A stretch of 64,000 nt of DNA. Source: Macrostomum lignano. Lineage: Eukaryota. The notes under the pieces are model-generated. The model was given only the letters and a program-made list of their open reading frames with translations, ran no database searches and was not told the origin of the DNA. This document shows positions 1-10,154 of the stretch, in pieces; positions within the stretch are counted from its first letter, which is position 1, and every line of letters begins with the position of its first letter. The translations under genes were made by a program, and so were the position numbers. The DNA is taken from contig NIVC01000096.1 of the NCBI GenBank assembly GCA_002269645.1, positions 186,001-250,000 on the forward strand. The letters run 5' to 3'.

Positions 1-120
1 GCAACAAATGCAGGAGCAGCAACAAATGCAGGAGCAGCAACAAATGCAGGAGCAGCAACAAATGCAGGAGCAGCAACAAATGCAGGAGCAGCAACAAATG
101 CAGGAGCAGCAACAACAAAA
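1..120 (+). repeat. Coding 18-bp tandem repeat ATGCAGGAGCAGCAACAA (MQEQQQ), at least 6 copies
   Basis: Direct reading; continues to window edge. Confidence 0.95.
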
Positions 121-2083
121 ACAGAAAAAGACGAGTGCAGTTTTGCACATCGTCGTAAAGGGCGGTGAGCGAGCATCGACAGTTCATCTGAGCATTTTCG
201 ATTCCACGAACGAAACGCACGAACGCACGCACGAACTGGAACAAATGACACTTGAAACAGGTGAGCAAATATGGTACTCCAAACTGAATTCTAAAAGTGA
301 CAGAAGACTAGAAAATATAGAAGTGACAGAACATGGCGAACTTAAGACAATCGTGGATGGCTCTCGATCAACGATTGATCAACCAAGACAGGTCAATTTC
401 TCAAGACCAGAAATACTGAAATTCAACCTGAGTGCTATCATTGAAGAGAAATCAATCGACTATCCAATAGAGTTTGACGAAAGGCAACGTTTTGTGCCTC
501 ACTTTTTCAAGGACAAACGAGCGGAGTTTGTTATTAACTGTGACGACCTGACAAATGGTGATTTCCGAGCTCGAGTCATTCCGATGGCACCGATCTGCCT
601 TATCTTCGAATTTCAATCCAATTTGGAAAACACCAATAATAATTTTCAACTTAAAATTAAACATAATAACGACAAGATCGAATTCAACAAGTCTCGTAAA
701 GTTTGCTCAAAATGCATGCAATGCGATGCTGCAAAGCCAGATCACGGAGACGCTCAGGTCTGGACGCTGACGATCGATGATCTGCAGATGGCCAATTATA
801 GCGACTCCATGAGACTGCCTACCGGAGAGCCACTGAGAGTTAAAGTCGTGAAAGCTCAAGATCAAGAGCCTATGATACCTTTCACAGAGTTTTACAACAT
901 CAATCTGCCTGTCGATTATGCAAACCCAACGCAAACGTATCTCATCAAAGTGGACCCTCAGGCTCAGCCCAGAGTGTACGCAGTCAATCACATTGAGCTG
1001 CATTTCGAATGCGAGATTCCGGATGTCAAATTCTTTGAGATTCGGGGAAACTGCAGCGAGTTCGGCTTATGGGAAAAGCCTCTCAAATTTGAGCTTAAAA
1101 ACGAATTCGAAAAGCCGTTATGTGTGCCTGTGGCAGTTGTGGAAGATGATGGATCAAAGCTTTTTAAGACGTTTGATCTGAAAGACTTTCGGTTTGAAGC
1201 GCTGCTTTATTCCGATCCACAAGAGGCGCCTTGGCCAAAAGCATGTACAATTCCACGCCTTCTTGTTCCATTGGAGCCGTTCTCCATATTTATCGTTAAA
1301 ATATGTAATCGAAAAAGAAGTAGTTCTCTCATTCTTCAACCCAGACTCTCAATCACACCAGTCGTCGCTGAAGTCAGTCGCAGGTTGCACAAAGTTCATG
1401 AAACAAATTCAAGCATTCTTGTTCCGAAGTTGCAAAGACTTGGTCAAATCTGCAGTGAGGTCGATGCAGATCCGCAAAGAACGCACGAAATCTGGGGCAC
1501 AGACCTTCTAAAGGAGAACAAAGGTCCTTTAAAGCCAGAAGCAAAGAGCGGATTGACATATCTAAAGCTGAGGCAGACTCGGCATCAACACGAGAGCCTC
1601 TGTGGAAGACGAATCGTTTTGAAGAGGCTTAACAAAAAGTATCACTACTATCAGGACAAAGCTGTTGGAAAGCTCTTAAAATGGAACGACCTAAAATTTA
1701 GTGATGAAAGAAAAGATGCGCTGAAAAAGATCTGCAGAGGTGACGCATCCGATAGCGATTACAAAAACACTTTGCAGACTGTTGCAACAGAAATTTACAA
1801 ACGCAGTGACCAGTGCATTGTCACAAAGCACTTGTCGCTGTTAAAGCTGGCCGCTGCCATTGTTCGCGGCAGAACTGAGGCTCTGATCCTGAGTCCCAGG
1901 GCTCAGAAATGGCAGCGAGATAACTGGGAACGGCACATGGTCGCAGCGGAGTGCTGGTTTCGAGTCGTCTTGGCGCTCTGGGAGACTCGACCCGATGATA
2001 CACCACCAGATTTTCGCGAGGCAATCAGGAGAGCCAATGACAGACCCGCCATTCCCTACTTTTACACTTGGCGCGATAAATGA
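2..2083 (+). CDS. Large single-exon ORF of unknown family (5' end off-window): Q-rich repeat, beta-rich region with CBM20-like motif, C-terminal helical domain; paralog of 27963-29960
   Basis: Frame open from base 2 to TGA at 2081-2083; ~70% aa identity by eye to the 642-aa ORF at 28032; divergence preserves frame. Confidence 0.85.
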   Translation, partial: QQMQEQQQMQEQQQMQEQQQMQEQQQMQEQQQMQEQQQQKQKKTSAVLHIVVKGGERASTVHLSIFDSTNETHERTHELEQMTLETGEQIWYSKLNSKSDRRLENIEVTEHGELKTIVDGSRSTIDQPRQVNFSRPEILKFNLSAIIEEKSIDYPIEFDERQRFVPHFFKDKRAEFVINCDDLTNGDFRARVIPMAPICLIFEFQSNLENTNNNFQLKIKHNNDKIEFNKSRKVCSKCMQCDAAKPDHGDAQVWTLTIDDLQMANYSDSMRLPTGEPLRVKVVKAQDQEPMIPFTEFYNINLPVDYANPTQTYLIKVDPQAQPRVYAVNHIELHFECEIPDVKFFEIRGNCSEFGLWEKPLKFELKNEFEKPLCVPVAVVEDDGSKLFKTFDLKDFRFEALLYSDPQEAPWPKACTIPRLLVPLEPFSIFIVKICNRKRSSSLILQPRLSITPVVAEVSRRLHKVHETNSSILVPKLQRLGQICSEVDADPQRTHEIWGTDLLKENKGPLKPEAKSGLTYLKLRQTRHQHESLCGRRIVLKRLNKKYHYYQDKAVGKLLKWNDLKFSDERKDALKKICRGDASDSDYKNTLQTVATEIYKRSDQCIVTKHLSLLKLAAAIVRGRTEALILSPRAQKWQRDNWERHMVAAECWFRVVLALWETRPDDTPPDFREAIRRANDRPAIPYFYTWRDK

Positions 2084-3539
2084 ACCTTATTTTCGAATGA
2101 TATTCGATTCGCTTTACTAACTGCATGCAGAGTAGCCATATTCACTTTAGCTATTTTAACTTTCTGTTGCTAAGCTAAAATTTTCTTTGAGAAACCATAA
2201 ACTGTAAAATTTAGTTTTATGTGAAAATGTGTCAGCTCCGGATGTGTCTTACATTCATGTACATGTAATCTGTCCCTTTGCCATTGTACGACCAAGGACC
2301 ATTGGCAGTATTTAGGACGCTACGAGAGTGGAAGTAAGAAAATCATGCATATAATTTTCAATCAAAAATATTCTTGCTTCAATAAGGAAGAATACAGAGT
2401 TTAGCAAATGTCACTTGTGAGTATTTACAACTAGGGCTTCTAAAATAAAAAGCAATACAAAAAACGAAATTCGATTTCACTGCAGAACATCATAAAATAC
2501 AGCAGAGTAACATATTGTGTGCATACACGAATGGCAATTTAAAAGAATGGCAGTCTTCACTAATCCAGATCAAATGCAATCATTGATTTTGTGATGAAAA
2601 AAGAATATTTGCTATCATCTCCTATCATTTTTTAAGGAAAACGCCCTTCACGATCTTTGAGTGTAGCGTCTTGATATACTGCTAGTGGTTCTTGGATACA
2701 ACCTATTATAAGTTTTACACTGTAGACACTCAAAGTGTATTATCATTTTTACTAACTTTTAGCAATACGGTAAATCAATTGTTAGAGTATGCTGTTTGAA
2801 ACAATATCTATGTAACAAAAAGTTACCAATATTTTCTGAAATATCTTTACCAAAGCAAAGCTTATCTGTCGTTGAGCATAACCTGCTGTAACGTGCCTAT
2901 AGCTGTGTCCCGTGTTGGTGTCAGTAGTTAGAAATTCTCTCTTTAAATTCTGATTACTTCAAATATACTACATATACTCTAAAAGGACACCATCTAGCCG
3001 GTAATATTCCAGTCAGTCACCTTATATCCCGTCAATACATTGGCATGAAAATATTTGTGAGCAGCAAATTCTATCGATCGAAAACTGAGCAAAGATCAAA
3101 AATGCACCGCGCCATCATTTTTATTCAGCCAAACAAAAATAGCAGCTAAATTGGTTGCTGTGTCAGCTTAAACTGCTTGAAAATATTATTGATAAATTGT
3201 ATTTTTACCTTAGCAGCAGGACAATGGCTAAACAGTATGAATGCGGCTGGCACAGCGTGGCACAATGTCACTACTGGCTGCTCAGCCGTCATGCATGTAC
3301 GCTCGTATTGTAAAGTACAGATGAGCCCTTCTTAATGGGTGTGATGAGAGTTGAGCTTAAATCAACATTTTTTACAACAGAGTTCAGCACAGACAGTAAA
3401 ACATGCGGCATCTTCAATGAACCCTAGCAACAGGACTGTTTACATTGGATACGACACGACACTGTTGAATGCACCGAGACAGTTCAATAAGAAAGCAGAC
3501 ATATTGTAAATTGAGACTGGGGTGAAGGAGGCTGGAGAC

Positions 3540-3715
3540 GAGGGAATCTGTGGATGAGGGATTCAGGAGTTAAGAGTCTAGAGATGAAGGAGTCTGGAGA
3601 TGTAGGAGTCTGGAGATGAAATAGTCTGGAGATGAAGGAGTCTTGCGATGCAGGAGTCTGGAGATGCAGGAGTCTGGAGATGCAGGAGTCTGGAGATGCA
3701 GGAGTCTGGCAGCTG
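3540..3715. repeat. 16-bp repeat GATGCAGGAGTCTGGA in BTAF1 3' UTR copy
   Basis: Same array at 31580-31795. Confidence 0.85.
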
Positions 3716-4726
3716 AAGAGCTCAAAGCCGTGGAGCATCAGGACAGCAGCTGCACGAACTGGCTCATGTCGAACTCCTCCTCGTAGTCCACAGTCTGCTC
3801 AGCCTCCGCAGCTGACGCGCCCGAAGCTGAAGCCGCCGACATCGAGCTGAGCACCGAGCCCAGCGTCTTGGACATCGCCTGCTTGGCTCTCTGCCTATCA
3901 ATCACCGTATCAACCACCTATCAACCTATCAACCACCGTATCAATCAAGAGCCAGAACTCCCCTAGCAACCACCTTAGCAACCAAGAGCCAGAACTCCCC
4001 CTAGCAACCACCCTATCAACCAAGAGCCAGAACTTCCCAGAACCCCTCAGCAATCCCAGAACCCCCCAGCAACCCCAGAAACCCCCAGCAACCCCAGAAC
4101 CCCCCCCAGTCCACGCACTTCATGATCTTCGCCTCGATGGTGTCCCTGGTGAGCAGCCTGTAGACGCTCACAGCCCGAGTCTGTCCGATCCGATGCGCCC
4201 TGTCCATGGCCTGCAGATCCCGCATCGGATTCCAGTCGTGATCAACAAAGATCACGGTGTCAGCGCCAGTCAGGTTCAGACCGAGGCCCCCAACAGAGGT
4301 TGTCAATAGCAACGCATCGATGCTGGGGTCGGAGTTGAACTTCTGCACCAGACTGTGCCGGTCAGCGGGTGGCACCGAGCCGTCCAGCCGCAGGTGCTGC
4401 ATGTCGCTGTCCTTGAAGACCAGCTTCTCAACGAGGTCCAGAGTGGCTTTGGTCTGAGCGAAGAGCAGCACCCGGTGCTGACTCACCACGCCCAGCCGAC
4501 TGTATCCCGTGATCCCAATGTCTGACAGGAGCTGGCGCAGTGCCAGGAACTTTCCAGAGTTTTCCACGGTGGCCACGTTCTTGTGCTGCTGCTGCTGCTG
4601 CTGGGGACTCGAACCAAGGACCAAGGCTGGGTGATTGCAGATCTTGCGCAGGAAGTGCAGCGCCTGAGGTTTCAAATGGGGATATTGGGGATCAGAGTGG
4701 GAGCTTGAGCACGCAAAGGGATGCAC

Positions 4727-5075
4727 TCAGGATCCCTCAGAATGAGTGTCCGGTCCCTCAGATTGGGTGTCCGGTCTCTCAGATTGAGTGTCTGATCCCT
4801 CAGATTGAGTGTCCGGTCCCTCAGATTGAGTGTCCGATCTCTCAGATTGAGTGTCTGATCCCTCAGAATGAGTGTACGATCCCTCAGATTGAGTGTACGA
4901 TCCCTCAGATTGAGTGTCCGGTCTCTTAGATTGAGTGTCCGATCCCTCAGATTGAGTGTCTGATCCCTCAGATTGAGTGTCCAGTCCCTCAGATTGAGTG
5001 TCTGATCCCTCGGATTGAGTGTCCGATCCCTCAGATTGAGTGTCTGATCTCTCAGATTGAGTGTCTGATCTCACC
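4727..5075. repeat. 21-bp minisatellite CAGATTGAGTGTCCGGTCCCT (short copy of BTAF1 intron-15 array)
   Basis: Direct reading. Confidence 0.9.
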
Positions 5076-5634
5076 CCAGGTGTCACTCATCACTCACCTG
5101 GAAGATGTGCTGGCGGTTGTCACCGGAGTCTGAGTCACCGGTGCCAAGGTGGCTGTTGCGGCAAAATTTCTCATACAGCTGGGCCTGCGGGGGTGGATGG
5201 GATTCGATGGGAAGATTGGAATTCAGGTTTCGGATGTACATGTAATAATGATTAAAATCGGTTCAAAAACTCAAGTTTAATTCCAACAGGTAAATGCGTT
5301 TTAAACCAGTAATATGTTACTCGAACAGTACAGTATTACAGGATGGTTCAATGATTATTTGTGTCAATTTTCACGAATCTAACTTTAAGTTCCTTCTTAA
5401 AAGAAAACCGTAGAAATACAATTAAAAAAAGCGTAGAAGTAAAAACCGTAAAATTTACTACTAAAGCTCATTGAATAAGTAAGTAGCAAGTAACAAACCT
5501 TAGATTTCGGATTTTTTATTATGTGCCCTTCGTCCAAAATGCAGTAATTCCATGCGACCTCCCTGCAATGAGCGTCGGTTTGGGGTTGACGGATATCAAT
5601 ACCTTTGTGATGAAGGGGCATAGCCTTCATATGG

Positions 5635-5838
5635 CCCAGCAACTGAGGATCTGGGAGGCTAATGGCTCAGCAACTGAGGATCTGGGAGGCTGATGGCTCA
5701 GCAACTGAGGATCTGGGAGGCTGATGGCTCAGCAACTGAGGATCTGGGAGGCTGGCCGAGCAACTGAGGATCTGGGAGGCTGATGGCTCAGCAACTGAGG
5801 ATCTGGGAGGCTGGCCGAGCAACTGAGGATCTGGGAGC
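5635..5838. repeat. 28/31-bp minisatellite CAGCAACTGAGGATCTGGGAGGCTG (copy of intron-12 array)
   Basis: Direct reading. Confidence 0.9.
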
Positions 5839-6227
5839 TGTCTTACCCGAACAGCTCAGCGTCCTTCCGCACAGCGTCAAAGGAGGTGATCAGGATGGTG
5901 CAGCCTGACTTCACCGGCGATCTTTTGTGCGTTTTAACAAAATTTTCAATCTGCGCCCGTCGCGTCTGTCGGTTGCCATTAACGACCAGAGGCTGGGCGG
6001 CCTCATCTCTGATGAACTTCTCCATCTCGTACTGCCAGTGGCCGGTGAGGGTGGCCGGGCACACCACCAGGGAGGGCAGCGGCCGGTCCGCCGCCTTGTT
6101 GCTGGCCTGGGGCGGATATGGGACAGTGGGGAGCGGATTGCGTGATGCTTCAATTAGAATCCGCAAATCCCATTAACTATTTTAGTTGAAAATTTATTCG
6201 CCTAGAAAATCCCTCCACCCAAAATCC

Positions 6228-6940
6228 CATTCGCCATCACCCAGAATCACATTCCCCATCACCCAGAATCCCATTCGCCATCACCTAGAACCACATTCCC
6301 CATCACCCAGAATACAATTCCCTATCACCCAGAATCCCATTCCCCATCACAGAATCCCATTCCCAATCACCCAGAATCCCATTCCCCATCACCCAGAATC
6401 CCATTCCCCATCACTCAGAATCACATTCCCCATCACCCAGAATCCCATTCCCCATCACCCAGAATCCCATTCCCCATCACCCAGAATCCCATTCCCCATC
6501 ACCCAGAATCCCATTCCCCATCACCCAGAATCCCATTCCCCATCACCCAGAATCCCATTCCCCATCACCCAGAATCCCATTCCCCATCACCCAGAATCCC
6601 ATTCCCCATCACCCAGAATCATATTCCCCACCATCTCATCAGTCAGGATCCTTTCTATCACCCAGAATCCCATTCCCCATCACGCAGAATTCCATTCCTC
6701 ATCATTACATCGCGCAGAATCCCATTCTCCATCATTTCATCACCCATAATCCCATTCCCCATCATTTTATCCCAGAATACCATTCCCTATCACGCAGAAT
6801 CTCATTCCCCATCACTACATCACCCAGAGTCCCATCACCCAGAATCCCATTCCCCATTATCTCATTCCCAGAATCCCATCTCCATCACGCAGAATCCCAA
6901 TCTCAATCACCCAGAATCCCATTCCCCATCACGCAGAATC
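6228..6940. repeat. 22-bp minisatellite CATCACCCAGAATCCCATTCCC (copy of intron-11 array)
   Basis: Direct reading; more homogeneous than at 40868-41345. Confidence 0.9.
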
Positions 6941-6945
6941 ATGCA

Positions 6946-7312
6946 GATTTGGGTGAATGAATGGGGATTCGGGTGAATGAATGGGGATTTGGGTGAACGA
7001 GTGGGGATTTGGGTTAATGAATGCGGATTTGGGTGAAAAATAAGATTTGGGTGAATGAGTGGGGATTTAGGAGAATGAATGCGGATTTGGGTGAATGAAT
7101 GGGGGAGGGGAATTCTGAGCTGAGGGAGGGGAATTCGGTGCTGGGGGAGGGGAATTCGGTGCTGGGGGAGGGGAATTCTGTGCTGGGGGGAATTCTGTGC
7201 TGGGGGAGGGGAATTCGGTGCTGGGGGAGGGGAATTCGGTGCTGGGGGAGGGGAATTCGATGCTTGGGGGGAATTCTGTGCTGGGGTGGGAATTCTGTGC
7301 TGGGGGAGTGGA
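6946..7312. repeat. Fused G-rich arrays: GGATTTGGGTGAATGAATGGG (intron-10 type, to ~7100) then GGGGGAGGGGAATTCGGTGCT (intron-8 type)
   Basis: Units identical to arrays at 42020-42410 and 43066-43412. Confidence 0.88.
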
Positions 7313-7354
7313 ATTTATTGGTGGTGGAGGAGCATTTTTATTTTCCAGTAGACT

Positions 7355-7890
<536 letters not shown>

Positions 7891-9630
7891 GTGAGTAGTT
7901 TATCAAGTTTGGACTTAGGATTAGATGTTTATCGATGAACTAAATTCAAGTCAAACATTTCTGTTATTCGAATACTTGAACTCGATTTGGAAACAATTCA
8001 ACGAACTCGTGCAATCTGCAGCTCTCGTCCCTAGCATTCAATAAAATCGTCCCAGAATTGTACGTTGATATTCATAGAAGCATACATGTATTATACGCGA
8101 TGTTTTGTTTTGTTTTAGCACCGGTTATCTTCTGCCATCACACAGCGGTGGAACAAATGACAGGACCGGAGGAGATGCTTTTCTTTATTGGAGCCACCAT
8201 TTCTATATCTGAAAGCAGCCGAGAAGTGCCTCGTTAGGCTTCAGTTCGTGTGCATTTTTATGAGCTCTACAATTTCATCCCAGCTGCCGCCGATGAGGTG
8301 GGGAACCGCGTTCCTAACGACGGCGGGGTTTACACAACACAGCGCATGCAATTAATAGCACTAGACATGCCCGTAACTACGGGGGCGAGGGCTAGATGGT
8401 TAGACTTAGCGGATTACTCTGGTTGCGTTAGAGCATCTGGGGGGAGCTCAGTTCACTGTCCTTCTGTGCGGGCCGGGCCAGCCAGCCACCCCTCCGTTGC
8501 CACGTCAGGTCGGGGTTGGGCGTCGGTCCCGGGCTTGCCTGCAGCTCCTCCCCAGGAGCGGCCTCCGCGCTGGGCTCATTAAGAATTCTCCGCTTGTCAA
8601 CCGTCCAGGTCAAATTGCCGCCTCGCCTCGCTATGACTGAAATATTTCATATACTATGACTGCAATATTGCAGTTATAGGATTACTGCAATCAATATTTA
8701 CTGACTGCAGTAACATACATGTATTAAGAGCTGCTTAGCGGATTGCAATCATCCTACAGCTTATGCAAAATGAGTTTAATTTACAGGTACATGTTTGACA
8801 GTGATGCTTTTTGAAGACGTCCCATATATTGTTATAAAAATATTCACTTAACCTGCTAGCCTACTGGATTTGACTTTACAACGCTTGAAAACAATAAATC
8901 TGATAGTTTAGTTTCTTAGGAAGCCACAGATTAGTACAGAGTGAGTCTTCATTCCCGAAATTGTATTCCCTCACGTCAGTAGCAGACAGACTCAAAATCT
9001 GCAGCATTGGCCAGCTACAGGATACGGCAGCTTTGCAGATGGCAAGCGGCACACTGCATGCTCACCTCCATCTACAACAAATTTTGCTCTGCTTCAAGCC
9101 TACCTACCAGCATGCTGGCAGCCTGTCGGACAGAGAGGTGAGTAGCGCCTACCTGCACTGCCAAACGGGGGGGGCGGGGGCGGCGCAAGAAATTCCATGC
9201 AGACCCCCATGCTCTGCTCAGATACTCAGAGCCATATAACCATGCCAGCCAGTTGCCACTGGTATCCCAATTGGTGAGTGGCCAAGAGACGACTAGGAGG
9301 GAGTGGGGCAGAGGGAGAGGAAGGTAAGGGAGGCAGACAGGCAAGGAGACAGACCTGCACTGGGAGGAGGTGGTAATAGGAACTCTGGGATTAAAACGGC
9401 GGAAAAGGTGTGCTGCTGCTCCAATGGGAGCTACTCCTGCAAATCGGCAGACTCAACAGTTCTGAGTTGAGCACCCCTGTCCTGTCCAATACAATACTCG
9501 CACCCTGTGTTATAAGTCAAAGGAATCACAGCAACAGTGTTGGTTAGTGCTGCAATGGAATAGAATTGTTTTTGTCTGATGCAGCAAATCATGCTTAGTG
9601 AATTAAATTATGTTGTAAAACACTTGCTCG

Positions 9631-9799
<169 letters not shown>

Positions 9800-9925
9800 T
9801 AGCTAGTAGCTGGTGGTACTGTAGGCTGCTGTACACCTCTATCCCATTGCTATGCCAGCCTCAAATCCCATTGTCTTAAAATTGAGCCAGTGGGAGTTCC
9901 CAGGTAGTTCCCCTGGTGTTTGAGC

Positions 9926-10076
9926 ATTGCCATGGTAACCGCAATTGTTCCCGGAAACGCATGCACGCAACGCTGAGGAATTAAGCATAAAGAAGCGAGG
10001 GGAGAGGCTACCATAAATAAAGCAAGTTTAGTTTGCAGCAACTTGCAGTATTTCAGTCTTAAAAGTTCCGGTAAGT
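9926..10076 (+). promoter_or_regulatory. Candidate promoter and non-coding leader exon: RFX X-box-like ATTGCCATGGTAAC (9926-9939), donor CCG|GTAAGT at 10071
   Basis: Consensus donor, no ATG in the ~80 nt before it, acceptor-led exons downstream need an upstream donor. Confidence 0.45.
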
Positions 10077-10154
10077 TTATTTCGATAATTCATTGTTGGC
10101 TTTGGTATACTCGTACAGGACAATTGCGATAACAAAAAATCTGTATGCTGTGTG

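Larger units (their letters stand above)
3738..6106 (-). pseudogene. BTAF1: Partial BTAF1/Mot1 duplicate: exon 12 (5847-6106), exon 13 (5499-5562), exon 15 (5098-5184), exon 16 (4119-4663), 3' half of exon 17 (3738-3896)
   Basis: DEGH and [21 protein letters not shown] present; exons 1-11, exon 14 and the exon-17 acceptor are absent. Confidence 0.9.
1..7330. repeat. Segmental duplicate of ~28020-43420 with four internal deletions
   Basis: Collinear ORF, 3' flank, BTAF1 exons and intronic arrays match the right-hand locus. Confidence 0.92.

Noticed and set aside
4016-4726. Stand-alone 236-aa helicase-C gene
   Set aside because: It is BTAF1 exon 16 read into flanking introns; the Met and tail are intronic
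8983-9137. Candidate plus-strand exon ending GAG|GTGAGT
   Set aside because: Plausible splice sites and open frames but no recognisable homology or partner exon; cannot be supported
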